The notes beneath the pieces are model-generated. The model made no database searches and was not told the origin of the DNA. It saw only the letters and a list, made by a program, of their open reading frames with translations. A stretch of 64,000 nt of DNA from Polymyxa betae A26-41 (lineage: Eukaryota; Protista; Endomyxa: Phytomyxea): contig RBZT01000415.1 of NCBI GenBank assembly GCA_003693705.1, positions 124,001 through 188,000 on the forward strand, in the 5' to 3' direction. Positions 39,681 through 53,503 of the stretch are shown here, in pieces. Both the position numbers and the translations under genes were made by a program. The stretch's first letter is position 1. Every line of letters starts with the position of its first letter.

Positions 39681-41260
39681 ATGTCAAATCAGGCCGAAAT
39701 TCCCGATTCTGAGATGTCAGCTGCCGAGCTAAAGCGTTTGCAGAAGGAAGAACGTCGCCGGCAGTTTCAGGCGTCTCGCCCGGATTTGGTTGGGAAGACG
39801 AAGCCCGGCAAAGCTGAGCGTAAGTCGGCAACGAATGAAGCAAAATCCCCTGCTGTCGAATCACAAACGAAAGATTCGAAGCGAAGATCTCCAGACGCTG
39901 TGGTCAAAGCTGATGGTAGTCGTAATAAATCTGTTCTCGTGTCAAACCAAGTCGACAAAGAGAATCTGGAACGAAAACCAACAAATACCTGTCGAGGCTT
40001 ATTCGATCATCTCCCTTCTTACAAAAAGTTATCGTCTTCGGCATTGCATATTAAAATGGGTGCAGCTCATGATATTCATCCTACTTTTTTGTCGCTTGGG
40101 TTGTGTCTAGCAAAGCAAGTGCTTACTGGTAAGTCTTCTGTCAGATCGTTGGACAATCTAGTTGATCTCTATCTAGGAGCAAACTCTAGATCGCTTGCTT
40201 TATTGAACTCGATAAAGCAGTTACTGGATGGCTATGAATGCCCTGCTGAAAAGAACTTCTCTCGTGATTTTGAAGCAATCTTGGCCAGGCATATCGCCTT
40301 CATCAAGAATATCACGTTAGTGGACTGTTTGCCCTCCAGACTGCCTCTGATTTTACGCTCAGTCCTCTATCGGTTGCGATGAAAAATGTGGCAACTGCTA
40401 TCAGTTCCGCCGTTTCTAAACTTGATCCTATGATTGCGCATTCGCAGGTAAAATATACCTTTCTGCTAAGAACTGGAGTTCCTATTGTTTTGCAGGCGAA
40501 ACGCGAACTCTTTGAATTCATTGAAAAATACTCTGACGAACGTATAGTCTTCGCTATAAATGCTATTGCTAAATTATCAGAAGACAGGATTAAAGATGGC
40601 GAGGCTATCATGATCTACTCGAGGTGAATATCCGAAAACATTATCACAATTGTCCCCAACAATTTCCGTAAAGGTGCCATTTGATTGAGCAGATCATCAT
40701 CAACGCTTACAACAAAGGCGTCGTGTTTCGCGTTATAGTCGTGGATTCCAGCCCATGTCTCCATGGCCGGCGAACGCTTCGAAGATTGATTCGGGAATGT
40801 CCTGGACTGAGCTGTTCCTATGTTTTGATCCAATCCGTGACCTTTGCCATGAAAGAGGTTTCGAAAGTGTTCTTGAGTGCCACTGCTATGATGTCGAACG
40901 GCGCTGCTCAAGGTCGTGTTGGCACTGCAGTCATTGCTGTTATGGCGCAGACCTATCATATACCTTGCATAATGGTCTGTGAAAGTCGAAAGTTCTCAGA
41001 AAATGCTCAGGTATTCGGAACCTTTTAATTATGCAGCATGTTCATTTATTCTTGAAAATTAGGTCAATGCTATCACCAGAAACGAACTTTGCGATCCAGA
41101 GCCGCTTCTGCATGGGAAGCTTCGAGATATGCCTGGTTTAAGCATATTAAATTTGGCTTATGATATAACCCCTGCGCATCTGATTACCATGGTCATTTCT
41201 GAGGTTGGCTGCATTCCAGCAACAAGCGTGCCTGCTGTGACTCGTGAGTTTCATTCCTAA
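39681..41260 (+). CDS. EIF2B4: Translation initiation factor eIF2B delta subunit; multi-exon
   Basis: LQKEERRRQ, LFDHLP, IHPTFLSLG, GANSRSLA, FRVIVVDSSP, SKVFLSATAMMSNG..RVGTA, CESRKFSE, LNLAYDITP..SEVGCIPATSVP. Confidence 0.93.
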
Positions 41261-41571
41261 ATCCACATTCAGGGGAATATTTTCCAGTATTCAGTATGAA
41301 ACAATTAAAATTGATATGCCAGCCGTCGTGCCTATTACTTCTCCTTTTCTTGCCCGCTGCCGTCCTTGTAAACTTTTGTTTGTCTAATTTGCATATAAAT
41401 ACTTGTTTAGTCGTGATCTGAATTCATCAAAGCACAGAATGGCTAACTTAGACTTTGGTTTAGCATGAATTGGAGAGTGTGTACCAGCTAGATAGGCTCA
41501 TGACTTTAGCGTAGCCGTGAACGGTGAGCCGAAGTTAACCGTAGCGCTCAGTGTGCCATCAACGCTTTCAA

Positions 41572-43529
41572 ATGGCACCCGATTTCATGCCTCCAAGTCT
41601 GGGTCTATTTCTTGTTCTCCTAGTTATACCCATGGGGGTAGCGTCGTTGGATGATCTGCGAGATAGTGTTTCTGTCATCATGCCGACGACGTTGGCCGAA
41701 CAGATCGGGGGCAATGGAAGGATTCCAGCCAAATCTGCGCTTTTCGGAAAGGTTTCCAATCCTCATTAGCTTGTTGCTCACTGTTAGACCTATTTACTCT
41801 AGTTTTATTATGGAAGGATACTGGACGCACCCTTCAGTTTACTGAAGCAGAATGAAACCGACACTGCGTATCTCGCCTGCGATAGCTTCAAAATGGACGT
41901 TGAAGATTTGGAGCGACCGTAATGTATGTTATCAAAACGTAGTAGATACTCATCCTGATTCACAGATTCATTGCATTGGTACGTCGTGGCGGCGGATGCA
42001 CTTTTGTTCAGAAAGCGCGGAATGTTCAAGATGCTGGGGCTGCAGCTATGGTCATTGTTAACGATGACACAAAAGAGCCGGATTATATGGGTTAACATAT
42101 CTATCTACTATGCTGTAATTGAATAATGTCAACTTAGGAATTTCACAAACGGAATATGGACTGAGCACAACCATTGATATTCCAGTTATGATGATTCGAC
42201 AGGTAATTTATACCATTTTTTAAGTTACGATATCGGACCAAGGTTATAGGCTCCCGGCGATCAAATCATCAAAGGCCTTGTTGAATCCGGTAAGGTTCGC
42301 GGACAACTGCAGGTCCTTAAGCCAAACCCTGCAATGAATCAAGTAGGTATCATACATCGGTTTGAATTTTATTAACTCCCGTAATAGCGTTTGAACGTGG
42401 ATTTGTTTTTACGCTTGGATGGGATTCATGCTGAATTCATGAAAACGTTTTCCTTGGCGTTAGCGAGCTTAGGAGATACCGTAAACCCATCAGTTCATTT
42501 TATCATCGGTTAGCGATTAACAGTAATTTTACATCTGTATTAATGGTGCCATTAGATGAATGGAAAGACTGGCGTGATTCTGAATCCTGTACAAACAATA
42601 AAAGATATTGTGCTCAAAGCCGAGATGTAGTTGTAGAGACTTTGAGACAGCTTTGTATATTCAAGGAGAAAGGCTGGAAATCATGGGCATCATATTACAA
42701 GTAACGCTTTATCCTTCGAACAATTTCCGACATTTACCTTCTGCTTAGCGAATGGGTCGGCAAGTGTGGCTCAGTCAATGATTTTTCGGACACTTGCTTT
42801 CGGCAAATATACAATGAAGCTGACGGTATTGAAAGCTGTATTCGTCAAAGCGGGGGACTTGAAGCCGACCAACCTAATGACCTGCTCGAACCTCAAGTCA
42901 GTTTAAATTTCATCATTGATTAGTGGCGATATCTGATTTTGTCAGCTTCGTGATCCGCGCCAAATTCGGTACGCTCCGCTACTGCTCATCAACGATGCGG
43001 TTTTTGAGAGTCAGCTTACGTGTAATTCGGTCCATGATTGTGCACCTCTATCCTTTCTTTGCATGATGTTCGCCGACAGTGATCAGGTATATTTGAAGTT
43101 TCATTCGCTTCTTTTAGTGGTTCCATTATGACCATCTTTAGCCTTCGACCTGCTTTACATCATCAGCTTGTGAATCATTTGGTGAAGTCCCAGATGTTTG
43201 CGGCACTTGCCGGCCTTTTGGAGATATTGCTGCGATATCAGATCCTTTAAAATGCCAGACTTCTTCGTCATCACCTCATGTGCGATTTGCTACAATCCTG
43301 ATAATATTTGTGATGGTAACTCTATTTGTATTCCTCCTCATTGTTTCCATCAATCGACATCTACGTAATCTAATGCGTCGCGAGGTAGTAGGTCTGATTC
43401 ACATAAGTATTTTCTCTCACCAGTTGTTAGGTCGATGCTATTATGAACGAGTATACCCCACTTCATGATACAGATCCCGATCATGTGTATTCCACTGTTA
43501 AGGATCCTTACAGAATTCCTGCCGCTTAA
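41572..43529 (+). CDS. Vacuolar sorting receptor-like type I membrane protein (PA domain); multi-exon
   Basis: Signal peptide; SALFG; PA domain IALVRRGGGCTFVQKARNVQDAGA..IVND; CTNNKRYCA..DVVVETLRQLCI; transmembrane helix; tail EVDAIMNEYTPL matches the plant VSR EIRAIMAQYMPL motif. Confidence 0.85.
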
Positions 43530-43838
43530 TGATTTTTCATAAATTGCAATTTATCAATACATTTCGTCTAGAATCTGTGCTTGGACACTGGGCTGTACTT
43601 TCCGCTTGCGCACACTTTCTTCAACAAAGTGACTTTTCTATCCGCTTTTACCTTCTCTTTGATGGCAATTACCCATTGCTTTCGCTGTCACGATCGTCAC
43701 AGCGAACCAGGAGGATATAATAGCAACCTGAAATCACTTGGAAATATCCAACCTTTCAAGTTCGAGTCCACCCATATCAGGTCAACTCCATACTTTGAGC
43801 GTCCTTCTTATCGCCATAGTCATTGCCAAAATTTATAT

Positions 43839-45696
<1,858 letters not shown>

Positions 45697-45881
45697 GACC
45701 CATTGTATCTTGATCTATAGATGATTTTGTCAGTCGTGCAATAAATTTCGATATTATACTACGTATACGCTCATATGTGCTCATTTTCACATTCTGTAAC
45801 GGGAAAAGGCCGAATCTGCGGCTCTGTCGTGTCGTGAGGTTTATCTGCTTTAGAAGTTGTCGCGTAGACTTTGTTTTCTGT

Positions 45882-48450
45882 ATGAAATTCGGTAAATCTA
45901 TCAGGTCCTGGATAACACTTCGGTTCGATGCCATCAAACTGACATTTATGAAGGCTTGAAGCCAATCTACCATGGAACACCCGCTGGACCGATTACTACT
46001 TGAACTATAAATATTTCAAGCAGCTGATCAATCAGCTAGCTCAATTCAGTATATAACCATTTATTTAAAAAATTGACTGACTAATTTATACATGTCAGCG
46101 CCTGATCAGGAAGAAAAGGCGAGAGAAGCGATCGCGGGCAACTGCCAGAGCAAATTACATCGAAAAATTTCGTTGCCTTATATAGAATCCGAATCGGATG
46201 TTAATGGAATAGACGAGAGAAAGTTTAACGATGGTTTGTAAATTTTAACAACTTGATGTCTATCGCTAAATTCATTTAGACAAAAAATCGCAAAGTATTC
46301 AACGCACGGGGAGCGAGTTGAAGTTCAAACTTGAGACATCGTCTGACTTTCGATGTCGTTACTTTTTGGAAGAGTTCCGGCGAGAATTTGTCAAGATCGA
46401 TCTGTTTTGTGGCAATAGTTTGGCCAGTATAAAGAAGAGAATTGATACTGCACGAGATGATCCTGAACGAATCCGAAAATCTCTGTAATTCGTGTCTTTG
46501 TGAGTTCTGGTACACTTCCTTATTTTTGGAATCAGATTATCTACAACATTGCTCATGATCCGCTTGGAACAATTTATTATTATGAATTTTGCCGGCCTTG
46601 ATAAAATTGTCAAAAAGTGGGTTGTCGGACTATAAAATACTGGGAGTTTAACCATTTTTCAGGTTTGATAAAATTATCGGCGGTAAGGAGCCGTATCCGA
46701 ATAGCTATAAGTATTCATCTTCCATGAAACAAACTACCACATTTCTCATTTGCTGTACATCATAGGCGGATATTAGATGAAACGAGCCCTCGTGTTGCTA
46801 CACAAAAGCATCATCATTTAAACACACTTGCAGAAATTCGAGCTCTTGTAGCCGAAGAAATGGTACAGTTTGACTTCAGCACATTTCTCGGGTAGAGTTC
46901 CCATGTTTACAGATTAAATGCGGACCTTCGTCAGCGCTTGAAGAAGACGAAGCTACTCAAAAGGAACTTGACGAAACTGCCGTTGAAGATGACATTCCGA
47001 CCTTTACCCAGCTTAATATTGAGGCCCTGCCTCCCGCCAGCGTCACTCGGATGAGGATCGTTCTTGGCACGGATGCGCTTGGTTTTAATATGACTGTTCC
47101 CGTCGTTGTTGCTAAAGGAGCATTTGCGGGACCTGTGCTAGGTGATTTAACATTTTTCCGGCAATGGCCTTCGACGGAATGGTTGCCGTTGTCATCCTGT
47201 AATCTAAATGCTCATTTGGTGTAGGAGTTACATCGGCGCTGCACGGAAATGAACTGAACGGGATTCCGTTGATCTTCCGTCTTATTCGAGAACTGGAGGT
47301 TGAATACCTGAATGGGACTGTGGTCGCCATCCCAGTTCTCAATCCTCCCGGATTCTTAATGCATCAGCGTGGCTTCCATGATGGCCAAGACCTCAACAGG
47401 CTGTTTCCTGGAAATCCTAACGGAAACTGCGGCCAGGTTTGGGTTTTCAGTATTTTTATCAACAAAAGTTTGAAAAGGCATTTAATTATTAAAACGGGCC
47501 TTTAGCAAACTAATTTTGCCTTTCTGTACAGGTCTATGCGTATAATGTTCTGAACATAATTGTACGAAAATTCAACTATCATATTGATCTACATACTGCC
47601 AGTTTTGGTCGTGTCAATTCCTTGTACGTTCGTGCTGATATGAACAATCGCATTACACACCAGATGGCATTACTTCAAGAACCTCAGATTATTGTACACA
47701 ACACTGCACCAGATGTGAGTACTGATTTCCATTTGATTCGGGTTTATCAACTATAATGCAGGGTTCATTAAGATCGGCTGCTATGAATCTGAACATTCCG
47801 TCAATTACTGTGGAAATTGGAGACCCTGTAAGTGCAACATTTTTTCTCTTTCTAACTTTAGGTTGGGAAAGGTCTCTCCATTAGCTTTTTTTAATTCCAT
47901 CATTGCTGCAGTCGAGAATTCACCGCAGATTCGTTTCGTCGGCGCTGTTGGGCGTTGAAAACATCTTACATTCCCTTCATATGGTGATTAGGGAAGATCC
48001 TGAACCAAATTCCGAAGTCACTGTGCCAACAAGTAATGGTCATGATCTTTCATCCTAAGTCATCCTCACGATTGCTTACAGTTTGCGCCCGATCATTTTG
48101 GATATTCGCTAAGCACGGCGGGTTATTAACGGTGCGACCTGAGATAAACACATGGGTTGAGAAAGGCCAGGTAATGTGAAACGTTTTCGCTTCGTTTTTG
48201 CTTATCGTGCTGTGAAGTTCCTTAACGTCTCTCTTGCTAGTGCTTTCACATGAGTATTTATATAGCTTTTTAGGTGATTGCCCAAGTTCGCAATGTATTC
48301 GGCGACATCACCGCCACGTACCGGGCGCCTCTTGATGGAATCGTGGTTGGGAAATCTGTCGATCCCGTATGCTCTACTGGTGATCGCGTTATCCATTTGG
48401 GTGTTGTTGAATCGTCATTTCCGGCTGTTGTTAATGACGGCCACACTTAA
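45882..48450 (+). CDS. SPX domain fused to succinylglutamate desuccinylase/aspartoacylase (AstE/AspA, M14) family hydrolase; about 13 exons
   Basis: Introns 45905-45953, 46049-46098, 46234-46279, 46485-46535, 46617-46662, 46711-46765, 46863-46912, 47142-47224 keep one frame: MKFGKSIR..RWTDYYLNYKYFKQLI..FLEEFRREFVKIDLF..LEQFIIMNFAGLDKIVKKFDK (SPX), acidic linker, then SALHGNELNG..DLNRLFPG..IDLHTASFGR..ITVEIG. Confidence 0.9.
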
Positions 48451-48688
48451 TTTCAAGGGTTAAGGCTATTTCAACGCAAGGCCTTTTATCTTCATCGACA
48501 ATTTCTTCAGCCATTTATAAACTGATTATATTCGGTTATGCGGTTCTTCAGGTGAATTAAAATCTAATCCTGCCCAGTCGATGGAATCTATTCACGTTAC
48601 CACTCATGTAACGTTTCTGAATTGGGTCCCCACATTTCCATTTGGAGATCAACTGTAGAGGACTTCATATTGAAATACTGTCGATTCT

Positions 48689-51600
48689 ATGAGGGCTTTA
48701 CAGACCTTACCGGCTTTGCAGGGTTGGGTTCGAGACCTGCAGGACGCAGCGAACAGCGAGGAGTTTCAAAATTTGATAGGTCACATTGAGCAGTGGACCC
48801 GCCGTAGGTTTTTAATGTCAGACCATTATGGTAGCAACAATATGGGTTTGTAGGAGCACATGATGAACTGGGCAAAGACCAATTGAGAGGAACCGTTCCC
48901 ATTTTGCTCAATGAAGCCGCTGTTGAGCTCTTCAATCTTTCAGTTTATAAAGGAGAATCACTCTCGGTGTCTGCAAAAGCAAAAAGTAACTTCCTGCGAA
49001 ACGTTGTTTGTAATCAAGCCTGAACACTTGGATTTGATAGTTCGCTCAGCCGCTTGCTCACTACTAAATCTGCCATCAAACGATGATATGAGTTGTAATG
49101 ACTCTTGGCTTCGGATACACTACTTCACTGCTGCAGCATGGCATGATGCCAAAGATTTCGAGCAAGCTGAACTTTTTTTACAGATTGCAATTGAGAGTCG
49201 CCTTTTGACCTCCGATTCGCGCGAGCTGCCACCTGAGATTCGAGAGATTGCTTTTAACATTTACAGCTTGCGATCAGATAACGTTGTTAGATCTAGCGTC
49301 CTTAACTTAACCGCTCATAGCTATACTGCAGTTTTGGGCCATGGACCGACAACCAGACGCAAAATTAATGGCTTTGAAAGCTTTGAAGAACTTGGATCTC
49401 TCAGCAGCAGTATGGCTCCACGTAAAACTTTATAATAAAGGTAAGACAGACGCCAATGTTTTCGTTTGAATATTCGTTTAATGCTTTGTCTAGGAGTAAA
49501 ATTGTATCAAAGTTCCTCAATGGATAAAGCGGCCGAATGGCTTAAAATGGTAAGTAAGCGATTGTGTCCGAGCTTCATTTTGACACATAGCACAGAGCCT
49601 TGAAGCATTAGCAAACGAAACGTCCCATCCTCAAGCAGAAGAAAAGCGAAGTCGGACGCTTCGGGCTCTCTCTTTAGCTCTGAAAGCATCCAATAAATTC
49701 AACGAAGCTTTGCAGATAATTGATCGTTGTCTTGAATCTGGAAGCAACGATGTGGATAGTCTGTATCTGAAAACTGAACTGCTTATCCGATTGGAGGTGG
49801 GTCATCTGACTCCCCTTGATGTTTTAACATGTTGCTTGTTCAGAAATATGACAACGCTTCGGATTGTCTTCTTCAGACTATTCGCCATTCAGGATGCGGC
49901 CAAAAGATGTAATCGGTTTGCTTCTGGAAAATCGATCATTGAATCTTTTAGGGGAGTGGCATTATGCCAGTTATTCAAAGAGGCAGGCCAACCGATGAAA
50001 AGTATTTTAGGCTACAACGAACTTTTAGTTAAATTTCCGGAATCTTCAAGATTAAAGATTTTGAAGCTTCGGTGCTCATTTGCAACCGACGATGTCGAAG
50101 CAGGCGCGCAGATAGCTGACCAGGGTAAAAGAACGTCTTTGTGCAATTCTTGTTGGCAAACTGGTATTCATTGTCCAAGTCATATCTGATCATTTATCCG
50201 CCCGGAGAGAACTCAGCGATGAAGAGATAGAAGAATTTCGGAATGTCTTGAACAATGTCGCCCTTCATTTTTTCGAGGTGGGACACTTCGCAATTTTGCC
50301 TTACAGCTGAGTTCCTAAAGATCCGAATATTTCACTCCTGTTCCGAATGGATTGCAAGAACCGAGCGATTAGCTATGTGCAGACAGGGTGATAATAAGAG
50401 CATCTATATGTGTAGATGCGCTTTGTCGATAGCGGAAGTTGAACAAGGAAACACAAGTCAGGACCATTCCAGCTTTAGTATGAAAACCTGATTTGTTTGT
50501 AGATGAGGCTCTTCAGTGTGCGTTGAAAGCCGATAGTCTGTGTCCTCAATTGAGCCTAGCGAAATTGGTTGCAGCTCATTGTTATATAAACCTTAACGAT
50601 CCGGAATCAGGTATGCTTTCAACTAAGCGAAAGCAATCATATCTTAAACTGGAACAGCCACACAGCGCTTGAAAGATGCATTCAGTTGTCACGAGTTTGA
50701 TCGCAAATATTTGTCCATAGTTCTTAGCCAGAGCATAAAAGTATATATGGACTGAACAAAATGGTTATGATTTCACCCTTTTATTAGGCTAATTTTTCAG
50801 AATGTGCTGCATTATGTATAGAAGAGCTGCTTTCTTCAAAGACAGATCCTTCCGATCAGGTTGTAGGGTTGAGCAATCAATGGTCTTCCTGATAGATTTA
50901 GGTGACGTTTCTACAATGTGCTGTCGACTTGCAATACAAAATCGCTTGCTCAAACTCTGAAAGGTTACAAGGAATTATCAGCGTTTGTTTGATTCAAAAT
51001 CTGTTTCACAGTCCTGAATCTGGCAATTTGCAGCAAGCATTGAACCGTATATGCCAACATTTACGTTCCGCTATCCACCTTAGTCAGGAGAGGCATTTGG
51101 AAGCTTCGACGAGTCCAAGTGCCTTCGCAGATGTTAAAAGAGATGCAGATTGGTTTGGGAAAATTGCATGGAATTCTGGGTAACCCTATATTTCTTTTGG
51201 TTGCCATTTTTAAAATTAAAATTTTCTAGGATCCTTTGCTCAAAAAATAAGCTTATGCTGGAATGTTCTGAGTTCTTTCACATATCGGCAGTTTTTTGTC
51301 AGGTTTGCTCTGGGTTTACATTCCTCCATTGCAGATAACTATCAGTATAGATGATTCTAGGAGAAAATGATAGCGATACATGTAACCGGTTATTAATAAG
51401 CTTATGTATGAGCGGTTCTGCAGTGATGCAGCATTTATCGCGATTGCAGCAAAGCCCAAAATTCGGAAGCGATTCCGAGAACCTATGCAATTTTTGTCAA
51501 AATCGAATTCGCGAATTTCATGTTGCTGCGAAATCTACGCTGGGGAATGGTCTGTTGAATAACCTGTACCCAATTATTCATATTCTTGAATTACAAGTGA

Positions 51601-52297
51601 AGCTTATTCTTGGGGATCCTAACATTGATATCCACGTCCGGGTCAGATATCTTCTGAGTTTATGTCCCGGGTCTAATAATGAGCTCTTTAGAATGCTGTT
51701 AATATTCCCGGATGGAAAGCCACATTATTTGAAGAAATTGCCTCTATTTGCTTGATGCCACCTTTTCTTAGGCGTGATGGTATGCCGATTTACCACGAAT
51801 CGGACTGACTTTCAATACGATTTTTAGTTGCAGTCTCTGCTTTGCGGAGCTTGTTGTCAATGGAAATGGCACAAAATCAACATCAAGGACTAACTCTCAA
51901 CATCGAACACATTTCGAAAAATATTCGCCAATTAATAACTCTATCTGATAACATTGATAGACAGCTTCCTTTCTTTGAGCAAGCACAGAGTTTTGTCTTA
52001 CACATTGCAAGTTCAGCTACCTCATACCCAAGATTGGAAGCTCAGTGGCTTGTTTCCCGATCGTGGAATAATGGAGTCATCGCATACAGGTACTATCTAT
52101 CGCGAAACGTAACATTTTTCCTTCTCACAACTGCTTTTAGGGCAGGAAGTTGGGAAAGCGCAGAAATGTGGATGTCGAAGTCTATCCAATTGTCCAATAT
52201 GTTCGGTGATAGCTGCACCAGTAACCAAGAGGAGATGATAAGGTCGCATGCATTTGTTCTCTCAAGACTGCAACAATACTCAAAAGCTGCGAAATAA
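48689..52297 (+). CDS. ZIP4: Meiotic TPR protein ZIP4/SPO22/TEX11; multi-exon
   Basis: AAVELFNL, VRSAACSLL, AAAWHDAKDFEQAE, LYNKGV..AAEWLK, DWFGKIAWNSG, C-terminal YPRLEAQWLVSRSWNNG..AEMWMSKSI match the TEX11/ZIP4 pattern. Confidence 0.8.
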
Positions 52298-52453
52298 ATT
52301 GCCAGCCAAGTAATAACCAATATTAAGTAGATTAATTAGAAACATGGATCTTCTTTACCGGAATCCTGCTTGACACAACGATTCTTGCAAAAGCTCAACT
52401 TCTCCATAGAAATCTCCAGAAACTGTTGTAAGACCATGAAGGTCCTTTGTTGC

Positions 52454-53503
52454 TCAAACTGGGGCCGTTTTCCATTTCCGGAGCCATCTTGTCAGCCAAG
52501 CGTGTCCGGACCCAATGATTGTATTGATAGAAAGGAACTGCACTTGCTTCTTTAGCCAGGCTTTCATACAACTAGTCTAAATCAGTAATGGCCAGAGAGA
52601 TCAATGAAAAAATTGAACCTCTTCGTTGGAAATCGTAAAGGCAGCTCTCGATAATCCTCTCTCAACAAGATCAATTTTACATGCCATCGCTGTCTGCCAT
52701 AAATTAAACATCATTCGCATACATTCAGAGGTTCTTACAAGAAAGAAGAAATCCAAAAGAACATCATTTCCGTGCCGTTCGTCATCAATTTCCACATAGC
52801 CTTCGGAAGTAAACCGTTCAGAGGCGCCAAGCTTCACAGCACTTGATCTTCTTATTCCTGTTCGCTTGTGATGACATTGATTCACTGTGCTAAAGGATAC
52901 ATCGCGAGAATTTTCTATCTGCTTCAGATTAGTTTCAGCCTGTAGCAATTTGATCTTCGTGTTATTCAATTCCTGCTCAAGTCGACGTATTCGAGCGTAT
53001 GACTTTAACACGAGCAATGAGTTCGCCATGGACATGGTATCGACTCGGGATTCGAGCTGGAAACAGTGCGCCCGGATGGCTTCAATATCACGACATCTAT
53101 CGCTCTCTCTAGCCCTAATTGCTTCCGCCTGATCTGCGATCGCTCTCCTTTCTATCTTTAGCTTTTTTTGGTCAGCGTGGATCGTAGACAGCACCGCTTG
53201 AAGTGACTTCTCCATACGACTTGCGCGCCCTTCATCAACGGATGAAGATCTGGCTTGCTGCAATTCAGCGAGCTCTGCTGATAGCGTTAAGATCTCTTCA
53301 TCACTAGATGTTAGCTTTCGCCGAAGGTCGGCAACCAGCTCGCTTAAAGCACGTTCTCGTTCCAGAGCTTCACGAAGCTGTTGACGAAGGTCCTCATTGG
53401 CATTCAACAAACTGGTGCCTAGTTCGGCGGCCAAACGCAGGTCTTTGGACATTTCAGTGACAACTGCAACTTCTTCTTCCTTAGGGGCGCGTGATAAGAC
53501 CAT
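52454..53503 (-). CDS. Coiled-coil protein with N-terminal AAxxG (CC1-box/HAP1-N-like) motif; 3 exons
   Basis: KDLRLAAELGTSLLNANEDL then long heptads; C-terminal DFFFL|TAMACKI..|LYESLA..VPFYQYNHWVRTRL, stop at 52454. Confidence 0.7.
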
